The notes below the pieces were generated by a model. It saw nothing but the letters and a program-made list of their open reading frames with translations. It was not told the origin of the DNA and did not search any database. Both the position numbers and the translations under genes were made by a program. From positions 6,720,001 to 6,784,000 of the forward strand of contig OZ001293.3 of assembly GCA_963921275.4 (NCBI GenBank): a stretch of 64,000 bases of DNA, read 5' to 3'. Of the stretch, positions 56,205 through 64,000 are shown one piece after another (the stretch's first letter is position 1; every line of letters starts with the position of its first letter). This DNA is from an uncultured Hormoscilla sp. (GTDB taxonomy: Bacteria > Cyanobacteriota > Cyanobacteriia > Cyanobacteriales > Desertifilaceae).

Positions 56205-58523
56205 ATGCATCCAGCCAGTGGCGTCATTATCTGTTTAGCTTATATTCTGGGCTTGCTATCTACCGCCAGCCCTTGGGGAGGGTATACAGTCCTAGTTCTG
56301 GGAGTCGCCGCCGCCGCGTGTAGATTTTGGCGCATGGGACCGAAACCTGGTATCTGGCTAACAGCAGGACTGGTAGGATTGTTAGCAAGTTTCTATTTGC
56401 CAATGCGGGTGCCCCAACCCCTGGACAATGATATCAGTCAGTTTGTCTCCACACCCATTACTGCTTCGGCGGAAAGACCCGTGGTGAAAATAGGGGGCAA
56501 GGTGGCCAGTAATCCCCGTCTCACCCGATCGGGACGGGCTCAATTCTGGCTTTTAGCCCGGGAATTCCACGAAATCAGTGGTTCCGTCCAACCCCTGGTG
56601 ATGGGAAAAGAAGTGACAGGTAAGTTGTACGTGACCGTGCCACTTTTGCAAGCAACGGGTCTGCATCCAGGACGGACCGTAAAAGTAACGGGAACTTTGT
56701 ATAAACCCAAACCAGCAGCTAATCCAGGTGCCTTCGATTTTAAAGATTACCTGGCCCGCGAAGGCTCTTTTGCAGGCATGAATGGCGATCGCCTGAGCAT
56801 GAGTGACGCCCCCAGATCCTGGGGATGGTGGCAGTTGCGACAGAGAATAGTCCGGGCCCAAGTCCGGAGTTTGGGAGTCCCAGAAGGGATAGTTGTCAGT
56901 GCCATGGTGCTGGGACGTAAGGCCGTGGACTTGCCCTACGATATCCGCGATCGCTTCATCAATGTCGGGTTAGCCCACGTGCTAGCGGCCTCAGGATTTC
57001 ACGTTTCCCTACTGCTATTTTTAGTCCTAACTCTGACGCGCCGCCTGCCCGTGCAAGGACAGTTTACCTTTGGGCTAGCAGCTTTAATTATCTATGTCGG
57101 TCTCACGGGTTTTCAGCCCTCAGTGCTGCGAGCAGCCGTGATGGGGTTCGGGGCCTTGCTAGCCATACTTACGGACCGGAAAGTTAAGCCCCTCGGAACC
57201 CTATTACTGGCCGCAGTCCTGTTGCTTGCCATCAACCCCCTGTGGATTAAGAATTTAGGCTTTCAGTTGAGTTTTTTAGCCACTTTAGGATTAGTAGTCA
57301 CCGTGCCAGGACTCCTTCAACGCCTGGACTGGTTGCCACCCGCGATCGCCTCTCTCATCGCAGTACCTCTGGCAGCCTCTATCTGGACTCTGCCCCTGCT
57401 ACTCTACAGTTTTGGTAAGGTCTCTCCCTACAGCATCTTTGTTAACATCATTACTACCCCACTCATTAGCGCGATCGCCCTAGGAGGGTTCATCAGCGCC
57501 CTGGCCGCTGTAATTTGGCCCACCGCAGGCAGCGCGATCGCCTGGTTGCTGTATCACCCCACCCACTTGCTAATTCAACTCGTAGAGTTTTGCAGTCAAT
57601 TGCCAGGTAATTCCCTAGCTATAGGCAATATCTCTCTATGGCAGCTACTCCTACTCTACGGATTAATTGGCGCCGTCTGGCTGTTAGCCCCCAGAAAGCA
57701 AAACCAATTTATCATTAGCTTCAGTCTCGCTAGCGCGATCGCCCTCATTATAATTCCCGCCATGCTGGCCCAGGCAACAATGTTTCGGGTCACCGTCTTA
57801 GCCACATCAGGAAAGCCGGTCATCGTCATCCAAGATCGAGGAGAAATCACCCTAGTTAACAGTGGCAACGAATCTACCGCCCTCTATACGATCCTCCCCT
57901 TTCTCCAACAACAGGGAGTCAATCAAATAGATTGGGCGATCGCCACCAGTCTGGTCCGGAATCATCGCAGCGGCTGGTTTCAGATTTTCAGCAAATTTCC
58001 CATTCAACAATTTTATGATATCTTACATTTAGATGCGGCGGCAAATCAAGTCGAATTTCAGGCCCTGCAAAAGGCCATACAAGAGCATCAGGGCAAATAC
58101 CAGCCTTTGCCCCTGGAAAAACCCCTGCAAATTGGCTCCACATCTGTGACATTAATCAACTTTCAACCACAGATAATCTCCTTGCAGATTCTCGACCAGA
58201 CATGGTTGCTCTTAGCAGACCTCAAACCAGCAGACCAAAACCTATTGCTGGGCGCAGGAAAGCTGCCCAAAGCCGAAGTAATTTGGTGGCCCGGCAGCAG
58301 CTTAAACGATGATTTACTTTCCGCCCTGCAACCACAAGTGGCGATCGCCTCAGCAGGAGCAATTGACGAAAACACCAGATATGAGTTGCTAAGAAGTAAG
58401 ACAAAACTGTATAGTACAGAGCAGAATGGAGCCATCCAATGGACACCAGAAAATGGGTTTGAAACAACTCTTTATTTAGAAAGTAATTTTGCCGAGAATG
58501 GAGAATTGAGAATGGAGAATTAA
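56205..58523 (+). CDS. comEC: ComEC/Rec2 competence protein
   Basis: NPGAFDFKDYL, GLAHVLAASGFHVS, PSVLRAAVM, GFQLSFLAT, NGAIQW. Confidence 0.93.
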   Translation: MHPASGVIICLAYILGLLSTASPWGGYTVLVLGVAAAACRFWRMGPKPGIWLTAGLVGLLASFYLPMRVPQPLDNDISQFVSTPITASAERPVVKIGGKVASNPRLTRSGRAQFWLLAREFHEISGSVQPLVMGKEVTGKLYVTVPLLQATGLHPGRTVKVTGTLYKPKPAANPGAFDFKDYLAREGSFAGMNGDRLSMSDAPRSWGWWQLRQRIVRAQVRSLGVPEGIVVSAMVLGRKAVDLPYDIRDRFINVGLAHVLAASGFHVSLLLFLVLTLTRRLPVQGQFTFGLAALIIYVGLTGFQPSVLRAAVMGFGALLAILTDRKVKPLGTLLLAAVLLLAINPLWIKNLGFQLSFLATLGLVVTVPGLLQRLDWLPPAIASLIAVPLAASIWTLPLLLYSFGKVSPYSIFVNIITTPLISAIALGGFISALAAVIWPTAGSAIAWLLYHPTHLLIQLVEFCSQLPGNSLAIGNISLWQLLLLYGLIGAVWLLAPRKQNQFIISFSLASAIALIIIPAMLAQATMFRVTVLATSGKPVIVIQDRGEITLVNSGNESTALYTILPFLQQQGVNQIDWAIATSLVRNHRSGWFQIFSKFPIQQFYDILHLDAAANQVEFQALQKAIQEHQGKYQPLPLEKPLQIGSTSVTLINFQPQIISLQILDQTWLLLADLKPADQNLLLGAGKLPKAEVIWWPGSSLNDDLLSALQPQVAIASAGAIDENTRYELLRSKTKLYSTEQNGAIQWTPENGFETTLYLESNFAENGELRMEN

Positions 58524-58547
58524 TTGTAGGGTGGGCACCTTGAGGTT

Positions 58548-59036
58548 CTAGATAATTTCAAATTCCCGCTCATAGGTAGACAATAAATCACAAGTATCGT
58601 GGTCGTTGATATTCGTATCGCTGAGTTCCAGGTTGTAAAAGTCGATGGACTCAGCAGTGAAAAGCGATCCAGCGTGCCAGGTACCCAGATGCAACTTAAT
58701 AAAACAATTCCCCGGAATCCGAAATGCTACAATATCCTCTAAACCAGGTTTGGCAGCTTGACATGGGGGTGCTACCCCCATCAACCAATCGATAACTGCC
58801 ACAGAACCCAGACATTGGGTACATTGGACATGGCGAGTGATATGATGAAATCTCAGAGCTCTTGGCCGCAGACGCATAATGTAAAATCGCGGTATGCCTC
58901 GATCGAGTACCAACTGGGCATCCTCTTCATCAAAAGGTTTTTCGTTTTCAGCGGCTGAGATAACCTGGCCGTAAGGTGCGAAATTCTCTTTTGTCACCCA
59001 CTCCGCCTGCAATTGCACAATTACCGATTCGCTCAT
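58548..59036 (-). CDS. Ureidoglycolate lyase-like protein
   Basis: ENFAPYGQVI, ITRH..CTQCLGS, KLHLGTWHAG, FYNLELSDTN. Confidence 0.8.
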   Translation of the reverse strand: MSESVIVQLQAEWVTKENFAPYGQVISAAENEKPFDEEDAQLVLDRGIPRFYIMRLRPRALRFHHITRHVQCTQCLGSVAVIDWLMGVAPPCQAAKPGLEDIVAFRIPGNCFIKLHLGTWHAGSLFTAESIDFYNLELSDTNINDHDTCDLLSTYEREFEII

Positions 59037-59074
59037 ATCTCTCCTGCTGTCCCTATAATACTTGCCAACTCTCA

Positions 59075-59476
59075 ATGGACATTATAGCTACTCTCAAACA
59101 AGATTACCAAAGATTTCCAGCCGATCAGACCTACAGCATCTATGACCCAGATGTCTATTTTCAGGACCCCCTCAACCAATTCCGGGGTCTTGCACGGTAC
59201 AAACGCACGATCAGCTTCATCAGTACCTGGTTTAGGAACGCTAAGATCGATCTGCATAATATCTTCCTTGCAGATGACACCATTCACACCCGGTGGACTC
59301 TTAGCTGGAATACCCCCCTACCCTGGAAACCTCGCATCTCCATCTCTGGACGCAGCGAACTACAGATTAATCAGGCAGGATTGATTATATCCCACATTGA
59401 TTACTGGGATTGTTCCCGCCTGGATGTCCTCAAGCAACACTTTTTCTCCAAAACCAGATACAGTAAAGGAATATGA
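59075..59476 (+). CDS. DUF2358 (NTF2/SnoaL-like) protein
   Basis: [38 protein letters not shown]. Confidence 0.82.
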   Translation: MDIIATLKQDYQRFPADQTYSIYDPDVYFQDPLNQFRGLARYKRTISFISTWFRNAKIDLHNIFLADDTIHTRWTLSWNTPLPWKPRISISGRSELQINQAGLIISHIDYWDCSRLDVLKQHFFSKTRYSKGI

Positions 59477-59495
59477 ACAAGTTAGGGCAAAACTG

Positions 59496-60668
59496 ATGCG
59501 TGTAATTTTGATGACCGGAAAAGGTGGGGTGGGTAAAACCTCTGTAGCAGCAGCGACAGGGTTGCGTTGTGCCGAACTTGGGTATAAAACCTTAGTTCTC
59601 AGCACTGACCCCGCCCATTCCCTGGCAGATAGCTTTGATTTAGAATTGGGACATGAGGCGCGATCGATCCGCCCCAACCTCTGGGGGGCAGAGTTAGACG
59701 CCCTGATGGAATTGGAAGGAAATTGGGGCGCTGTCAAGCGTTATATCACTGAAGTCTTGCAGGCCCGGGGACTAGATGGGGTGCAAGCGGAAGAACTAGC
59801 CATTCTCCCGGGTATGGATGAAATCTTTGGACTCGTCCGCATGAAACGTCATTACGATGAAGGCAAGTATGAAGTGCTGATTATTGATTCGGCACCGACG
59901 GGCACCGCCCTGCGACTCCTGAGTATCCCCGAAGTGGGTGGCTGGTATATGAGACGTTTTTACAGGCCCCTACAGGGCATGTCTGCCGCCCTGCGACCCC
60001 TGTTTGAACCGATCTTTAGACCGATCGCGGGCTTTTCCTTGCCGAATAACGAAGTGATGGATGCTCCCTATGAATTCTACCAACAAATTGAGGAGTTAGA
60101 AAAGGTCTTAACTGATAACAGTCAGACATCAGTGCGCTTAGTCACAAACCCAGAAAAGATGGTGATTAAAGAATCTTTACGGGCCCATGCCTACTTGAGT
60201 CTGTATAATGTGGCGACAGATATGGTGGTGGCTAATCGGATTATACCCGATCGGGTAACAGACCCATTTTTCCAGCGCTGGAAGGAAAATCAGCAGCAAT
60301 ACCGGCAGGAGATTCACGAAAATTTCAGTCCCTTGCCCGTGAAGGAAGTGCCCCTGTATTCTGAAGAAATGTGTGGAATGGAAGCTTTGGCAAGGTTGAA
60401 AGAAACACTTTATGCAGAGGAAGATCCAACGCAGGTATATTACAAAGAAAATACCATTAGAGTAGTGCAGGAGCAAGGTCAATACAGTTTAGAACTGTAC
60501 TTGCCTGGAGTGGCGAAAGAAAAAATCCAGTTAAATAAGAATGCGGATGAATTGAATGTCCGCATTGGTAACCATCGCCGGAATTTGGTATTGCCGCAAT
60601 CTTTGGCAGCATTACAACCCGCAGGAGCAAAGATGGAGGATGATTATCTCAAGATTCGCTTTTCCTAA
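59496..60668 (+). CDS. arsA: ArsA/Get3/TRC40-family ATPase with C-terminal HSP20-like domain
   Basis: [27 protein letters not shown]. Confidence 0.9.
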   Translation: MRVILMTGKGGVGKTSVAAATGLRCAELGYKTLVLSTDPAHSLADSFDLELGHEARSIRPNLWGAELDALMELEGNWGAVKRYITEVLQARGLDGVQAEELAILPGMDEIFGLVRMKRHYDEGKYEVLIIDSAPTGTALRLLSIPEVGGWYMRRFYRPLQGMSAALRPLFEPIFRPIAGFSLPNNEVMDAPYEFYQQIEELEKVLTDNSQTSVRLVTNPEKMVIKESLRAHAYLSLYNVATDMVVANRIIPDRVTDPFFQRWKENQQQYRQEIHENFSPLPVKEVPLYSEEMCGMEALARLKETLYAEEDPTQVYYKENTIRVVQEQGQYSLELYLPGVAKEKIQLNKNADELNVRIGNHRRNLVLPQSLAALQPAGAKMEDDYLKIRFS

Positions 60669-60766
60669 AGTAAGTTCGTAGTAAGCGCAGGGCGGGGCGA
60701 TGGCCTCGCCACCCAAACGATCGCCTGCATATCTGCTAATAATTGTTCATTGTTCATTGAGAATTG

Positions 60767-61830
60767 CTAATTACCATGAACTATCAACTGACCACTATCA
60801 ACTACAGGCGTCATCAAGAAGGCATGAGCTTGACCATTAAAAGTCCCACCGCCGACAATCTGCCCACTGCTATTAATATCCCATGCCTCCGATATTTCCC
60901 AGCCTGAATTTTTAGGTAGCAGTCTATTGAGACAAGTCATAGTACCATTGGACCACAAGAAGCCGCCACGATCGCAATTGCCTACCACCTGCCCTGCATT
61001 GTTAATGCCCCAAGCATGAGAGTATTTGCCTCCGACTTTGCCCAGGTTGAAAATTTTGCCATTGGACCACAAACAGCCGCGCCCCTGTCTACTCTTAGTA
61101 TAGGAATAGCCCACTACTTGCCCGACATCGTTAATATCCCTAGCTTCGCCTGGGGTCCCCGCCCAAGGTTCCCAAGTCCTTTATCGTACCCTGGGACCAT
61201 AAGCAGGCGCGATCGGACCCACTGCTACTATAAGCATAGCCCACCACCTGTCCCTGATTATTAATGCTCCAGGCTTCCCTCGAGTGACTGCCCAGGAGGG
61301 TGCCCAGATCCTTTATGTCACCCAGGGACCACAAGCAGGCACGCCTCTGGCCCCTGCTAGTGCAGGAATAGCTTACCACCTGCCCAACATCATTAATATC
61401 CCTAGCTTCACTGTCGTCCCCGCCCAGAGTTCCCAGATCCTTTATGTCGCCCTGGGACCACAAGCAGGCACGCCTCTGGCCCCTGCTGGTCTGCCCACAG
61501 CCAACTATTTGCCCCGAGCTGTTGATGGCCCTAGCTTCGCTGTGTCGCACTACCCGGGGGACACAGCGCTGTACTTGCCGCCCAGGGTGCCCAAGTCGAT
61601 TATGTCGCCCTGAGACCACAAGCAACCCCGCCCCGCCCCGCTGCTAGTTTCCGAATAGCCCACCACTTGCCCCCCGTCGTTGATACCCCAAGCGATGCTG
61701 TAGTTACCGCCCAAAGTGCCTAGGTCAGTGATGGCATACTTTGATGCTGCCCTAGTAGACCGGTGGATTCTCTGGATAATTAAGGCGACTCTAGCACTCG
61801 CCGTCCCTATCACTGCTGCGCTCATCATCA
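60767..61830 (-). pseudogene. HAF-family extracellular repeat protein, frameshifted
   Basis: Repeated DLGTLGG..S.A.xIN..GQVVG..., terminal HAFLMTP; spread over three frames. Confidence 0.8.
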
Positions 61831-62116
61831 GCCTTCTTTCTCCCCAAAGGTGGATTGTCATCGGTGCGACAGTTTGCTGAACGCGCTCCTCTATCCTTAA
61901 CTCAGGCAAAACTAACCTTGAAGTTACGAAAACCAAATATTTGTAACCCAAATTAACAATTTGAGTAGCGGCTCTGGGGAGATTGATGCTTGGCCTGCCA
62001 GTCAGCACCTACCAGGCCGAGTGACCGCTGACCACTGACCACTGCCTGACAGGCGAGACGCCTGTCCTACGCAACTGACCACTGACAACAATAACTGGGT
62101 GCCTTTCGCCATTTCC

Positions 62117-62132
62117 GTTCGGGAACCCGTAC
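62117..62132 (+). promoter_or_regulatory. K-box upstream of groESL
   Basis: GTTCGG-GAAC-CCGTAC fits GTTCGG-NNAN-CCNNAC. Confidence 0.8.
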
Positions 62133-62143
62133 TAAAAAAACCC

Positions 62144-62173
62144 TTGCCAGTCCTCTCTAGGTTTAGCTACATT
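62144..62173 (+). promoter_or_regulatory. Sigma70-type promoter of groESL
   Basis: -35 TTGCCA, 18-bp spacer, -10 TACATT overlapping CIRCE. Confidence 0.65.
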
Positions 62174-62198
62174 AGCACTCAAGAGTTGAGAGTGCTAA
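62172..62198 (+). promoter_or_regulatory. CIRCE element (HrcA operator)
   Basis: Perfect TTAGCACTC-N9-GAGTGCTAA. Confidence 0.97.
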
Positions 62199-62304
62199 CT
62201 CAACCAGTAAACCAGGCAGCAATTGGAGCTACCACAAGGTCAAAAAGTGGTAAGCCCGATCGCACTCCAGAATTGAAAATCTGAGATTGAGGAGTAGTGA
62301 ATTT

Positions 62305-62616
62305 ATGGCAGCAGTATCTCTAACGGTATCGACAGTTAAGCCACTAGGCGATCGCGTGTTCGTAAAGATCAGCGAGGCGGAGGAAAAGACAGCAGGTGGC
62401 ATCATATTGCCGGACAATGCTAAAGAGAAACCGCAAATTGGCGAAATCGTGCAAGTAGGTCCTGGCAAGCGTAACGACGACGGAACTCGTCAGGAAATGG
62501 AAGTGAAAGTGGGCGACAAAGTGCTTTACTCCAAGTACGCTGGCACGGACATCAAACTTAGCAACGATGACTACGTGCTCTTGTCGGAAAAAGATATTCT
62601 CGCAGTCGTTAGCTAA
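62305..62616 (+). CDS. groES: Co-chaperonin GroES
   Basis: [20 protein letters not shown]...[10 protein letters not shown]...YSKYAGT. Confidence 0.97.
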   Translation: MAAVSLTVSTVKPLGDRVFVKISEAEEKTAGGIILPDNAKEKPQIGEIVQVGPGKRNDDGTRQEMEVKVGDKVLYSKYAGTDIKLSNDDYVLLSEKDILAVVS

Positions 62617-62729
62617 TGGGGTTCCCTGACTATGGGAACGCGGAATGGCGAATGTAAACAAAGAAAAATTCGCCATTACCAATGAATATGGCAATTAACA
62701 ACATCAGGTAATCAAGGAGACTGAAACCT

Positions 62730-64000
62730 ATGGCCAAGCGGATAATTTACAACGAAAATGCTCGTCGCGCTCTAGAAAAGGGCATGGATATTCTGACCGA
62801 ATCAGTAGCTGTAACCCTGGGCCCGAAAGGTCGCAACGTGGTTCTGGAAAAGAAGTTTGGCGCACCGCAAATTGTCAATGACGGCGTGACTATTGCTAAA
62901 GAAATTGAACTGGAAGACCATATTGAGAATACAGGGGTTTCTCTGATTCGGCAAGCGGCTTCTAAGACAAATGATGCTGCTGGTGACGGGACGACTACGG
63001 CTACGGTTCTGGCCCACGCCATGGTCAAGGAAGGACTGCGGAATGTGGCTGCTGGCGCTAACCCGATCGCCCTGAAGCGCGGCATTGACAAGGCGACAGG
63101 TTTCCTGGTAGACGAGATTGCCAGCCATGCTCGTCAGATCGAAGGTTCTAAGGCGATCACGCAAGTAGGATCCATCTCAGCGGGTAACGACGAGGAAGTC
63201 GGTCAGATGATCGCCGAAGCGATGGACAAGGTGGGCAAGGAAGGGGTCATCTCCCTGGAAGAAGGGAAGTCCATGACTACCGAACTGGAAATCACCGAAG
63301 GGATGCGCTTCGACAAGGGTTACATTTCTCCCTACTTCGCTACTGATATGGAGCGGATGGAAGCTATTTTGGACGAGCCTTTTATCCTGCTGACCGATAA
63401 GAAAATCACCCTAGTACAAGACCTGGTCCCCGTGTTGGAGCAAGTAGCTCGTGCGGGCAAGCCCTTAGTGATTATCGCTGAAGATATTGAGAAAGAAGCT
63501 CTGGCTACCTTGGTGGTCAACCGCCTGCGGGGCGTGCTGAACGTGGCAGCGGTGAAAGCTCCTGGGTTTGGCGATCGCCGCAAAGCCATGCTGGAAGACA
63601 TTGCCGTGCTCACGGGGGGTCAAGTGATCACCGAAGACGCGGGTCTGAAGTTGGAAAGTGCCAAGCTGGAAATGCTGGGCAAATCTCGTCGCATCACCAT
63701 CACCAAGGACAACACTACCATTGTGGCCGAAGGTAATGAAAAAGCAGTGAAAGACCGTTGCGGACAAATCCGCCGTCAGATGGACGAAACTGATTCTTCC
63801 TATGACAAGGAGAAGCTGCAAGAACGTCTGGCTAAGCTAGCTGGCGGTGTGGCCGTAGTGAAGGTGGGTGCTGCTACGGAAACGGAAATGAAAGACCGCA
63901 AGCTGCGTCTGGAAGATGCGATCAACGCGACCAAAGCAGCAGTGGAAGAAGGTATTGTTCCCGGTGGTGGTACGACACTGGCGCACCTGACTCCCGATCT
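62730..64000 (+). CDS. groEL: Chaperonin GroEL (runs off the window end)
   Basis: Manual translation [18 protein letters not shown]...[10 protein letters not shown]...[12 protein letters not shown]...[12 protein letters not shown]. Confidence 0.97.
   Translation, partial: MAKRIIYNENARRALEKGMDILTESVAVTLGPKGRNVVLEKKFGAPQIVNDGVTIAKEIELEDHIENTGVSLIRQAASKTNDAAGDGTTTATVLAHAMVKEGLRNVAAGANPIALKRGIDKATGFLVDEIASHARQIEGSKAITQVGSISAGNDEEVGQMIAEAMDKVGKEGVISLEEGKSMTTELEITEGMRFDKGYISPYFATDMERMEAILDEPFILLTDKKITLVQDLVPVLEQVARAGKPLVIIAEDIEKEALATLVVNRLRGVLNVAAVKAPGFGDRRKAMLEDIAVLTGGQVITEDAGLKLESAKLEMLGKSRRITITKDNTTIVAEGNEKAVKDRCGQIRRQMDETDSSYDKEKLQERLAKLAGGVAVVKVGAATETEMKDRKLRLEDAINATKAAVEEGIVPGGGTTLAHLTPD

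Larger units (their letters stand above)
45495..56437 (+). repeat. Tandem duplication, copy 2 (with several deletions and an IS982 insertion)
   Basis: Colinear with 28497-45496 except for junctions at about 53152, 53906, 54496 and 54997. Confidence 0.85.

Noticed and set aside
62344..63821. Minus-strand ORFs over groES/groEL (similar shadows over ilvD, trpB, arsA)
   Set aside because: Antisense shadows of conserved genes

Overview
Cyanobacterial chromosomal DNA, judged from abundant HIP1 GCGATCGC sites, heptamer repeats, pentapeptide-repeat genes and a CIRCE/K-box groESL promoter. A filamentous, possibly host-associated lineage is an inference from the heavy gene decay. Core genes: ilvD, trpB, a broken trpC, rnd, comEC, an ArsA/Get3-type ATPase and groES-groEL. 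Main findings: (1) four near-identical 871-nt ORF-less group II introns, all inserted in phase 0 in protein genes. Two sit in one pentapeptide-repeat gene and two in adjacent genes of a small-molecule cluster. They share a target consensus, a candidate EBS1 (AGACUC) and an unusual ...CCCCAUCC 3' end. (2) A decaying NRPS/PKS-free amino-acid-modifying cluster (about 10-25 kb) with proline-hydroxylase-like enzymes of two families. (3) A tandem duplication (28497-45496 / 45495-56437) whose copies carry different deletions. It holds DUF4347-LRR-cadherin surface-protein genes whose LRRs vary almost only at the ligand-binding face. (4) A Z1-domain SF2 helicase with an overlapping small partner, next to one PIN toxin and a tandem array of excisionase-HTH paralogs. 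(5) A probable orphan IscB omega/HEARO RNA. (6) An IS982 element with a cognate MITE, IS5 remnants and several other MITEs. Many single-base frameshifts could be long-read errors. No database searches were run; family calls come from motif recognition.
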